Below, piece after piece: positions 24,320-35,801 of a stretch of 64,000 nucleotides of DNA. Origin of the DNA: Marsupella aquatica (Eukaryota; Plantae; Marchantiophyta); contig OZ316892.1 in assembly GCA_973895155.1 (NCBI GenBank), positions 5,230,510 to 5,294,509 on the forward strand, in the 5' to 3' direction. Numbering within the stretch: the stretch's first letter is position 1; every line of letters begins with the position of its first letter. Under the pieces are notes generated by a model that saw only the letters and a list, made by a program, of their open reading frames with translations, did not search any database and was not told where the DNA came from. The translations under genes and the position numbers were made by a program.

Positions 24320-27300
24320 TCACACTTGGTCCTCATCGGCCTCAAGGTCATCTAGGTCTGATGCAATAACATCTGGCTTCTCAGAAACAATGGAACGAGA
24401 ACGTGGCACATAGGTGATGACAATTGACCACTCGGTGTCTAAGGGGTATGGAATGTAGAAACATTGCTCCAAGTGTGATGGGAAAGCAAATGGTTCTAAC
24501 GTTTGCCAATGAGATGCTTGAACACTAGTGGCACTTGTCTTCAACCGTGTAAACCCACTCTCATCTTGAAGTACAGTGCAATTTTGACCAACAAGGTTCA
24601 CTTTGAACCACTTGCACTTGAAGACATATTCCTCAAACTTTGAATGGTTGTCATATGATACCACCAAGATCTCCTCTATCTTCCCATAGTGTGGCACAAC
24701 ATCTCTAACAATGTTCCTGTCATGGCGGCTGCTTCTGGAGTCTTGAGAAAATTCCCCTTGAACTCCACAATCAAAAGTACGACCCCTCTTCTCATCAAGG
24801 GAAGAAACCCTAAAATTAACAAAACCCACAAATTTTTATTGCACTATAAAAGATACCATTAATGTAATAATCATCAAAATATGACACCCATCCCTAAATA
24901 GCCAAAACCCACATGGCCTATGGCATAAATATAGAAGCCAACATTACAGTTATGGATGTCATTAATGATAATAGAAATTTTTTAAACAATAGAAATAACT
25001 AATCAAAATAAGGTCTACATGAATTAATAGAGGAAGAAAGGTTAGGTACTAGTGGACCTGAAGTGTCTCCCTTGTGTCCACATAGCCGTCTTGGATGTCA
25101 CCACTCTCAAAGGGCCATGAACAATGGTCCGAACGTCATCTGTGATGGTAAGAAAGTGGGACACATCTCCTCCTTGTGTCACCATGTCATCCAACTCAAG
25201 CAACTTTTGCTTCATATACTCATGCATCTTAGGAAAAATTCTTGCTCTTTGACTTGTTCTCTTGGCATTATCATAAAACTCTCTCCATTTCTCCATGATA
25301 TTACTATTACTCAACATAAATGTTGTCAATTGTGACCACTCTGTTGATGTCAACATGCGTGTTTTTGTACTCAACATAAATGTTGTCAATTGTGACCACT
25401 CTGTTGATGTCAACATGCGTGTTTTTGTGACACCTGTTAAACGGTCCTCCTCCTCTTCTCTTTCCTCCATCCAAGTACGTGGACAAGTAGGATCAATGGT
25501 GGCCAAGATGTTACTACAATAAAACATACTCTCTGCTGCCAAGTATCCTGTAGCTATGCTTCCCTCCACCCGTGCACGGTTACGTACATAAGCCTTCAAC
25601 ACCGCCATGTAACGCTCAAGCCAATACATCCATCTACAATGCACTAGACCTGCAATGGCAAGCTCCCGCACAAGATGCACAAGTAAATGAACCTGACAAT
25701 CAAAGAAGGAAGGAGGAAGGGCTTTCTCCAACTTGCATACCACCTCAGCTGCCAATACCTCCATCCCAGGGATCTCTTCTACATATATCTCCTTTGAGCA
25801 TATCCATCTCAACAAACGACCCAATGACCAGATGGCATCTTGCACTTCTTCACTCCCTATACCTATAATTGCCACTGGCAATATATGCTGCAATAGGCGA
25901 TGATAGTCATGTGTCTTCAGATATCGTGGCCACTTGTGATTGTCCTCCATCCCAAAAGCTTTTCGAAGGTTGGCACCATAGCCTGTAGGAAACCGCATCT
26001 CTCCTATACGGTTCCGAAATTCACGTCTTTGGCCAACACTCAACACCCAAGGAGCAGAAGGACGATTCTCCACACCTGTGATACGATCAATTGTCACCCA
26101 AACATCTGGATGCATTTCCATCTCCTCGCATGCCTCCCTAAAATTAGTGTCCTTCTCCCCATAAAAATGCTTTATCAAAGCCTTCCCCACATTTCCCTCA
26201 ATGTGCATGGGGTCTAAAAGATGGCAGATCTTCAACTCAGACCAATAGGGCAAAGTGGCTAGTATACTCCACCTGGTCAAACCTGTCCTATCAAAGGTGA
26301 AGGAATCATTTGGGTCTGCCACCCTATTAGCTAGTGACTTCCAATGTGCAAAACTTGTTGCATCAGGAATTTCACGCTCATCACCAAATGGCATGTCAAA
26401 GGAGGAGAATAGAAGTGGGTCAAACCTCATCTCATGCCCCATGGGAAGAAACTTTGTATGCCCAATATAAACAATCTTTCTAATCCATGAACAATATGTG
26501 GCCATGTCCTCTAAGCTTGGGCCACAAGTAGAGCAAGCTTTGTACCCCTGAGTTTGCAATCCAGAGACAAAACCAAACCCTGCTTACATAGAAGAAATCA
26601 AACCATGCAAACTTTATGTTAGGGTTGTCACATGAGAAACATCAATAGGAACTACACATTATTGAAGGGTTGCAAATGGCATGGAAGTCATCTTACCAGG
26701 ATAGTCATGCATTGTCCAACAAATGATCCCTCTCAATTGAAAGACACGTGGAAAACCTCCTGTAATTTTCCTGCCATCATATGCCCACACTCCATTCCAT
26801 AATTTTTGAAGTTCTCCAACCAATAGTGCCAAGTAAGTGTCAAAGTTCTTCACCTTTTTTGGACCTGGGATAATCAAAGACAATAAAAGGAACCCCTTCT
26901 TCATGGATAGCCATGGTGGGAGGTTATAATTCATGACAACCACAGGCCAAACTGATGTAGGTTGCCCCTTTCCTCCAAGTGAATGAGGGCTAACTCCATC
27001 AGATGCCAATCCTAGCCTCACATGGCGAGGATCATGTGCAAAGTCTGGCCATGTTGCCTCAATATGTTTGTGAGCAGGGGAGTCAACTGGCAACCGCATG
27101 ACACCAGACTCTAATCGATGAGTCTTATGCCATACCATCAACTCTGCCAAGTCAGAACACCGATACATGTGCAACAACCGAGGAATGATGGGAAACCAAC
27201 GAACAGCCTTCCTTGGCACCTTCTTTGTTAGCATGTTGGGGTCATAGCGAGGCTCATCACATGTTGTACATTGTGTCATGTTTGCATTGGCCTCATGAAA

Positions 27301-29199
27301 TAACATGCAATCATTCACACATGCATGAACAATATGATATTCCATGCCAATAGATGAGAGAACACTCTTTGCCTCCTTCCAAGTTGCTGGCAACACATTC
27401 TCAGTGGGCAACATAAGGTCATGGCAAAGTGCAAACATATCAGATAACAAGGCATTGCTTGCCTTGTGTTTGGCCTGTAGGTTCATCAACCCCAAGATGG
27501 CTGAAAGACGACTCAAACGAGCACCCTCATAGATAGGTGTTCGGGCATGTTCCTCTGCTTCTTCCCATTGGCATTGTCCCTCAGGGGTATGCCTTGGGCG
27601 TGGATCATTGGGGGGCACCTGCCCTTCATTGGGAAGATCATCACCAAGGTTGTCGGCACCAAACCAATCAACCATAAAGTCATCCATGGCTCTATCCTGG
27701 TCATCAGTTACTTGTTCATCCGTCCGAGGTACCTCTTCATCAGGGTTACTGCTTCCACTAGCACTTGATGAGGAGTGTGACTCTGATCCATGTCCTTCTT
27801 CTGGCATACCCATTTCTCGATATGTTGCTCTCAATCTCCGTGGTAACATATTTGGAGAGGGTCGCACATTCTAAAAACAAAGCAAACAATTGAAAGTTAT
27901 ATTGCAAAGAGAACACACACAAAAATGGGCTAGGGGTGTGCAAAAATGTAATAATATTGGTTGTGGTGCAAATACAAAATGTGGCCAAAGGCCATATGTA
28001 GTGCCCTTTCATATGCAACATACCACCTATGACCCTTAACTTAACCCTAATCCCACTCATAGTGAGTAAATAACTCATCCCCTGAGTTAATGGTCCTTGT
28101 TGCTACAACTAGGCAATGGTCATGATGATATGTCTGGCCATAAGGTGCTGGCGGAGGACCCTCAATGAAAACCCACTCACAATTTTGCCTACGCTTAGGG
28201 CGAGTCCCCACGGTACTGTTTATGAAACCAGCAATATTCCCAGTCCGTATGGGGTCCCCATCTATGACACGCTGCTCACTATACCTTCTAGTGTTTCCAT
28301 CAAAAGTATCCATGTCCAATGCATAAGTCTTCCACTCAGGGTGTTGTGCAAGGATCATGTTCCAATGTCTTCTCTTGTAGATGGGTCCACCATAAGGAAA
28401 CAAAGTAGGCCCCTCTCGGCCGCGTCCACCTCTACCACTCTCGGCGTCCACAATGATGTCCTCACAGGCAAAAACTCCATAGCCATGTCTATCCCCAAGT
28501 GTGGAAGGTTTGATAACCCAACGTCTACCCCAAACCTCTACCTCCGCACCGTAGGAAAGCTGTTGTGGCAAACCAAGAGTCTCAGGATCCCAGTCCTTGA
28601 TGATAGGGACACATCTGCCAGTGAACTCACAATCACCCCACCGACCCGTAACCACTGCCTTGTACAAATCAGTATCCCCTCGGGCCCGCCTCTTGGAACG
28701 CTTTCTCCCTCTTGGGACAATAGCCTCAACCCCAACTTCCCTAGGACTGGTGGGCCTTGCCGCTAGACCCAAGGCTTTTGAGAATGCATTGCCTATAGCA
28801 TCTAGAACACCTTGTGATGGGACATAGGGTGCTTGTGCCGCAGGTCTAGGCCTATTGGATACCTATTCCACCGAAACCAAAACAAACAAAAGTAGGTGTG
28901 AAATTGCAAACCTTCAACCATTGAGTAATGGGAATAGGGTAGGAAAACTAAGGCATAACACTTACCATATGAGATGAAGAAGCCCCTGCCGTATGACATC
29001 CACAACGCCCATATCTCTCAATATGTTGGGCACATATGTAAGATTTTTGGGAAACCTGACCCACACATCTGGAACATTCACAAAGTTGACGGGGTGGACC
29101 GCGAGGAGGAGGTGCGGTCGTGTGATGTTGAGGTGGAGGTGGTGTATCTTCATCAGAGGAGGACGAGTCTGTGGTGGAGATTTCAGAAGATGAAGACAT
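24320..29199 (-). CDS. CACTA transposase (TnpD/Tnp2-like), predicted 1139 aa; exons 29199-28966, 27870-26697, 26579-25058, 24809-24320
   Basis: CECSRC...H N-terminal motif; HACVNDC...CTTC; RLGLASDG; SVWPVV...YNLPP; DYPG|F...GYKACSTC; LDPMHIEGN; LKTHDYH; HLLVHL; RWMYWLER; VEGSI; HYGKIEEI; FKCKWF; EPFAFP. Splice phases 0/1/2 are consistent and no stops were found. Confidence 0.93.
25308..25427 (-). repeat. perfect in-frame 60-bp tandem duplication in the transposase
   Basis: TKTRMLTSTEWSQLTTFMLS is encoded twice. Confidence 0.95.
28047..29199 (-). CDS. SET-domain protein (putative lysine methyltransferase), predicted 349 aa; exons 29199-28966 and 28862-28047
   Basis: SET motifs in order: IKPS...GYGVFA, PYGG, YAL, IDG...GNIAGFINS, NCEW, VATRTINSGDELFTHY. 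Basic NLS-like RGRKRSKRRAR. A 103-bp GT-AG intron (28965-28863) joins the exons in frame. Confidence 0.85.
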
Positions 29200-30497
29200 A
29201 TCCCCTGTAACAAGATATAATTAAAATGGGCATGTTATGACCAAAACATACCACAAAATGATATAAATCAAAGTTCCCAAATAATGATGACAAGAAACCC
29301 AAACCAAAATGACCATAGCAATAAAAAAGGTACCTTTATGAGACCCGGGCTCAGCAGTGCCAATAGCTCTTGTGGCTCTAAGATAATTAATGAACCCAAT
29401 CTGAAGTATGAGGGAAAAGCTGCAACCATTCCATGTATATGTAAGCACAATAATCTGGACCAGACAAGAACAAAAAACCCTATATACATGTCCCCTTTAT
29501 ACATAGTGGCAACCAAAAGTGTTAAGTACATGAAAGGAACACTTTAGCCGATCATGCAATGTTTACCTTTCAGATGCCCGGGCTCTCACAATGCATATGC
29601 ATTAGTATCAAATCATCAAAAAGTGCCGCACCCTGCAAGCTATCATATATTCCCCTCCTTTGTTAGCAAAACCCATGCCAATCCCCTTTTGATTCATAAA
29701 CCCAATGAACCTCTCTTAAACCCAAAAGGCTGCAATATAAATCTCATGAAACCTTGCTTTGTCTTATCCAAACCTTCAACCCCAAACCGCATCCTACCTA
29801 TTAAACCTAAATCTGACTTACACACAAACCCAAACCTTTCTTCAACCCTAGAGACCTTTCTATTTAAAAACCCCAAACCCTAAAACCCTAAACCCAAACC
29901 TTACTTATTTCTTGTAAACCAAATCCCACACCTTTATTATTTCTTCTAAACTAATGTAAACCCAAACCTTAGCCTAAACCAACACCATACATAACCCATT
30001 AACCTGAAATCTGCCTAACCCTTCAAACCCGCCTTCAACTATTATCTAACACCCAAAACATGGCCAAAAAGCATTCCAAATATGAGTATAGAGGGGTCCA
30101 CTTCACCTTTGAAAAAAACCCTTTCAAATGAAACCAACATTCCCCCAGGACGAGTTGCCAATGTCTTGCGAAGCCGCTTCCTTCGCAAATACCATCACAA
30201 ATTAGAATTGAGGTTTGCGAAGTTGCTGCTTTCGCAAGACCTTCAGAAAAACAGAGCCCGAGAGCATTTCTGCGAGAGAGCGAAGGTGTTGCGAAGCCTT
30301 TCACGTCGCAATGGTTTCGCAAAATTGAGAAACTATATGCGAAACAAGAAGAATCGCAACTTGCGAAACGGGTTGCTTCGCAAGTCTTTCCCGCTTGTAC
30401 TTTTGCACTCGGCCGCGGTGTACTCAGCGGCATTTGACAAATTTCAAGCGTAGGGAGGGAGAAGGGAGCTCGCGCGCGCTCGGGGGGTGGCTTGGCT

Positions 30498-32466
30498 ATG
30501 GATTCCAGTGGAGCAAATGGAGGTGATAGGGCAGGGGTGAGTGAGAGTGGCAATGGGAATGAAGGCAATGGGGAGCAGGAGAGGAATCGATGGACCGATT
30601 TGATGGCTGAGCACCTCAATGCAGCACAGTTGAGCCACTTAGATTTGACTACACCAGCAGGGATTGCTTCTTTGAGTGCAATCCTTGGGCAAGCCTTGCA
30701 AACGGGAGTAGATGCAGGGAACATTGCAAGGGAGGAGGAGCAAAGGAGTGCAGCTCAACAGAAGGCAAGAGAGAAGAAGCGTAAGAAGGAGGAGAGGGCC
30801 AAGGCAGGAGTAGTCTCACCTGTTGCCCTAGAAAAGAAGAGGAGGAGAGAGGAACGAGATGAGATAAGAGCACAGCGGGAGGAGCAGCAAAAGAAGGAGG
30901 AAGAGAGGAAGAAGCTGCCTATGATTGCCTTGATCGAAGGCATTCCTACTGAACTGGCCTACACCGGGGCAAAGAGCACTATCAGGCTTATGGTGCGCTC
31001 CAATTTTGCACGAGGAGTTGAGTGGGGGAAACTCAGCAAGGCAAACCAGAAGAAAGTAATGAGTCAAATCAAAGATTCATTTCGAAATGGAGCAGAGATT
31101 GATGAACAGTGGCTTGCAGATAGAATTTCCAATTCAATGTCTCAAGCACGGTACCATGATAGGAAGAAGGTAAGGGCCTACCTGGCAAACTTGGAGGAGT
31201 ACAGAAATGTGAGGAGGCCACTGCAATTCACTGAGGACGTGTGGAATGCCTTTTACAAAGTGGAGGTGCAGATGAGAGCTGCCAGGAACCTTCTCTTCTG
31301 GAAGGAGATGGAAGCCAAGGCACAGAAGGCCGGGAAGTCCGACCGAAAGCTCAAGGCAATGGCTGAGAAAGTGTCTCACATGCAGCACATTGTGGATGAA
31401 GTGGGTGCACCACCCCAAAAATTCATCCTTGCAGCTGAGCGAGTCAGCAAACGGCCCAAGACCACGCACAAGATGGGCCAAGGTGGACTTCCCGGCCTCA
31501 AAGCACACTTTGTGAGTGGGCCCTCTCCTCTCCTCCCTTGCTTCTGTTTCCTTGCTTTCAATTGCTATCCAAACCTGCAATGCCCCCCTGCATACCTCTT
31601 GTTTCTTTCTTACGGCCTGCCTTGTACTTTAGGTCACCCTGACACATTGCGTGCCTTAGAGATTTCTCGGAATTGTTTAAAAACAGAGTTTGCGAAGCTT
31701 TTGCGATGTGGGTTGCTTCGCAAATGTTTCGCAAAGTCTATCATGGCATTTTTTAAAGTTGTAAATGCGAAGCTATTGCGAAATAACTCGCTTCGCAAAC
31801 TACTTCGCAAACAGCCAATTTATTTGAATTTGCGAAGTGGGGAGTTTCGCAAGTGTGTATTATGTTTTAAAAAAACCGCTAAGGGTTATTGAGCCCAATT
31901 TTGTGTTAGGGGCACCCTATTAGCACCTCCATGCATTTTTCTTGGGTTTATAGCATATTAACCTCGATCTATTTTGGTTTTGGAATGTTTGGTTGTGGTA
32001 GTATAAGAGGTACCGCAGGAAGATAACAGCAAAAGAGATGGAGATAGGAGCTGCGCATGGAGCCAAACATCTCTTTGACTTGGTTGACGCAGAGTTGGCG
32101 ACTGTAAGTGCATGTATCCCCTTCAGTTTTTCCCACCCAATCCACTTATCTTTTCATTCCGTAAACCTAAACCAATTTGGCGTTGTGCTGCGCAAACAGG
32201 ATGATGAGGATGCCATCGATACCAGCAGCACCGATGAGAACAATGAGGGGACCACGACAAAGGGGCCCAAGGTAGGAGGGAGTAGTGGATCTGGACCAGT
32301 AGGAGGAGTTTCCCAGCAGGAGGGGGAGGAAGAGGATGAGGATGAGGACGAGGAGGAACCAGATGTGGAGGAGCAGCCAGCACCACCTCCTGTGCCACGT
32401 CCGGATCTTCGCAAGAGGGACAAGGGGAAGAGGCCGGCGACAAGGAGTAGGAGGACCCCATTCTAG
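30498..32466 (+). CDS. CACTA second gene (TnpA/ORF2-like DNA-binding protein); exons 30498-31511, 32002-32103, 32200-32466
   Basis: Open frame with a coiled-coil/basic region, W...F...W...RP..FTEDVW and THKMGQGG motifs reminiscent of CACTA ORF2 proteins, and an acidic tail. Phase-0 GT-AG introns. It is divergent from the transposase. Confidence 0.72.
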
Positions 32467-32714
32467 AGCTTGGTGGTGTAGTGCCTATGGGATGCCCATT
32501 TACTTAGTGTAGTATATAGTTTTGATATGGGTAGTCTTATAGGGACCTAGCTTGTCATATGACACCCATCTAGGGTTTAGGGTTTAGGAAACCCTAATTT
32601 TTGTGTACCTATCAATTTTCTATAAAGCAATTTTGATTCAGACCTCATTCTCCGTGTTGGACGACAAGACCCCAACCATAATTCAAAACTCTAAATCTAA
32701 ACCCTAGCCTCAAG

Positions 32715-33149
32715 ACATCTTGCGAAACCTATGCGAACAACCCAATTCGCATATTTACCATATTGAAGGTATCGCAAACATTATGCAAACCACATACGTT
32801 CACAAAAATGCGAAGCCATGTTCATGGCATAACTACCATTAACTTAATATCGCAAACCGATTACCAAACTTCTGGGATTGCAAATATTTAACTGCTTGAT
32901 TATTATCGCAAGCCTCTCGCGACGCCCACGGAGTCGCTTAAATGTGAGTCCTTTGCGATTCTATTAGTGTCGCAAGTTGCAAAGGCGTTGCGAAGGTCTT
33001 GCGAAAGACCGGATGCGAACCTTTGGGCTTCGCAGTTTGCGATTCTATTGCGATGTGCGATACTTCGCAAAGGCGAGTTTTGTTTTTTGATTTCCTTTGT
33101 TGTTTGCGATGCTTTCAAGTTCGCAAAAGGTGTGGGTAGTGTTGTAGTG
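32715..33149. repeat. CACTA right subterminal repeats and TIR
   Basis: Dense TTGCGA/TCGCAA copies ending in TGTTGTAGTG. Confidence 0.88.
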
Positions 33150-35120
33150 ACCAGCCCTCGCACCACGGATTGTAAGTCTCAGAAGTGCTTACTTGGAAGT
33201 CGTGCAATTGCAATCTAGCCTTCATACTTCAACCCCAATGTCTTTTCACTCCCAGGTTTGCCTTTGTGTTTTTGGTAAAAACATTTGTTTGCAATGCTTT
33301 GCAATGTCTGAATACATCTGCCTCATTGTCTTTGGTGTGCACTGCAATGTCTTCATTCTAGAGACAAAGCAGAAGGGCTCTTGGAGGGGTTGTAGCAGTG
33401 GAATCAGCACCAGCCCTCGCACCACAGATTGTAAGTCTCAAACGCGCTTACTTGGAAGTTTGAATACATCACCCTAATTGTCTTCTACGTGCACTGCAAT
33501 TTCTTCATTCTAGCCCGTGCACGGGAAAGAAATTTGATATAGGTCAGCCTGGTTTGCCTTCCTGTACAAGGCCACATTCCTTTCTATTCATATTACTTTG
33601 CAGGGGTTAAATACACAACCCTTGATGTATTCAAGTCAGTTAATGATATTCTCCATTGTAGAGAGGAAGTAGAAGGGGAAGGAGTGTATCAGCGGTGCCC
33701 CCAAAACCAGCAGCAGCACCGGCACCAACAAGCAACCCCTCCCAGGTACGTCTTCATGTACCAGGCTAATTTCCTTATCAAACTGCTTTGCAGGGAGTGA
33801 ATACACAACCCTCACTGTCTTCTATGTCAATTAATAATTTTGTTCATTGTAGGGAGGAAGACAAAGGGGAAGGGATGTGTCAGCAATGTCCTCAGCACCA
33901 GTGGCACTAGCAATCCCAGTACCAGCAACCAACCCCTCCAAGGTACGCCTTTGTGTCTTAGGCCACATAATTGAATTCCTTCTCATCAGCAGCGTCCAAT
34001 TGTTGAGTAATGTGAATACTTCTTTGTCAATTATGTCTTTTGATGTTGCTTTGGATTGTAGGAAGGGCAACAACGGGAAAAAGCAAGCAAAAGGCGAAAA
34101 GGAAAGGGAAATTTGGTGGAGCAATCCCTTGCACCTGCCCCAACCCCTATCCCAACAAATGAACACTCAGCCCCTGCCCCTGTAACAACACCAACACATG
34201 CACCTGCCGATATCCCTGGACCACCACTAGCACATGCCCCTACACCACGACCAGTAGAAGCACCAGCCCCTATACCAGTGCCAACACCAGGCCCTGCACC
34301 GGCTACGAACTCCTCACAGGTATGCCTAAGGGTGCAGCAGCAAAATTCCTCTGCTTCATTGTGGAATGTGAATACCTCTTTGTCCATGTATTCTAATGTC
34401 TTTGTGGGTTGTAGGTACCACAAGGAGGAGTTGCTTTGTCCTTAGTACCTGTTCCTGTCTCAAGGAAGAGGAAGGAGGCCTCTAAATCAAGAAAGGGTAT
34501 GAGCCAGGCATTGCAGGTTGTTCCTCTATTGGCAGTCGACCCCAAAACAAAAGTTGTGTTTTTGCACCCCGAAGATGATGACTTAGCAACATCAGAAGTT
34601 GAAGACAGAGCACTGAGAGGCAAGCAAAAGCGAAGTAAAAGCGCGACAAGTAGAGGGGAGGGGCAAGGGAGAGGAAGAGGAGCACCTTCTACTCGACCAA
34701 CTCCCTTGCATGAAATCCCGCTAGGTGATGGTGACAATGTAGACACATTTGGGCCATCACAACTTTTGCATGACTCCCAAATGACTGCTTCACAAGATAC
34801 ATTCAGGGAGGTTATTGACCAACTCCCGCACCCTTCCCAATATGCTGACTGAGTGTGGATGCCCTTCCTGTGTGGTACTAAGCCATTTTTGTGGTAGCTT
34901 CAGTGGTCTTTAGATGCAATGTAGCTTGAGGTAGCTTCAGATACAATGTAGCTTCATTGGAAGGCAAGGAGGCCCATGATACATCTACACTGCAAGGTCA
35001 CAACTCGACTTGCAACTTGTACTGGAAACATTTATGAATAAAAAGCAAGTTGCATTCACTATGTTCTGATGTATAAAAGTTATTCATTCTGCTGGATACT
35101 ACCTTCAATCAGCACCTTCA

Positions 35121-35607
35121 GTTTTGGAAGACATTGTCCATATTGTCTTCGCACCACACTTAGCCATTTTTCCAACGACATGATATTCTGCTTCAAGAAG
35201 CCATTTGAGCGGGGGTAAATGGTGGATGTTGTGGGTTTGGAAGACATTGTCCATATTGTCTTCGCACCACACAGCCATTTTTCCAACGACACGATATTCT
35301 GCTTCAAGAAGCCATTTGAGCGGGGGTAAATGGTGGATGTTGTGGGTTTGGAAGACATTGTCCATATTGTCTTCGCACCACAACCATTTTTCCAACGACA
35401 CGATATTCTACTTCAAGAAGCCATTTGAGCGGGGGTAAATGGTGGATGTTGTGGGTTTTGGAAGACATTGTCCATATTGTCTTCGCACCACACTTAGCCA
35501 TTTTGCCAACGGTTTTGGAAGACATTGTCCATATTGTCTTCGCACCACACTTAGCCATTTTGCCAACGACACGATATTCTACTTCAAGAAGCCATTTGAG
35601 CGGGGGT
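35121..35607. repeat. tandem array, about 111-bp unit, 4 full copies plus 1 half copy
   Basis: GGAAGACATTGTCCATATTGTCTTCGCACCAC starts at about 35126, 35239, 35350, 35460 and 35517. Confidence 0.93.
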
Positions 35608-35801
35608 ACGTAAATGGCCAACACTAGTGGTTTCACACAAGATGCACGTGAGAACTGCAAAAAAGTTTCAAAATTTGTATAACATCTCAAAATTGTTGGA
35701 GTACAATGTTGTTGTAGACTTCAATATCTGCAACTGAAGCAAAATTGCAATTGCTACTTCCTGTGAGCTATTATTTGAACTTGTTACCACTGTGGTGTAA
35801 G

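Larger units (their letters stand above)
23359..33149 (-). mobile_element. CACTA (En/Spm) transposon, 9791 bp, apparently intact
   Basis: Termini CACTACAACA...TGTTGTAGTG, 3-bp TSD ACC (23356-23358 and 33150-33152), subterminal TTGCGAA/TTCGCAA repeats, Tnp2-type transposase. Confidence 0.97.
21212..34852 (+). pseudogene. MULE accessory multi-exon gene of unknown function (mudrB position), interrupted by the CACTA
   Basis: Long exon about 21212-22042, then acidic and Pro-rich exons with GT-AG borders (about 22748-22996, 23105-23200, 23306-[CACTA]-33171, 33362-33430, 33662-33745, 33853-33942, 34062-34319, 34415-34852). It is convergent with the transposase. The 5' end is unresolved and there is a probable frameshift near 22250. 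Confidence 0.6.

Noticed and set aside
28116-28766. 216-aa plus-strand ORF
   Set aside because: Antisense shadow of the SET exon.
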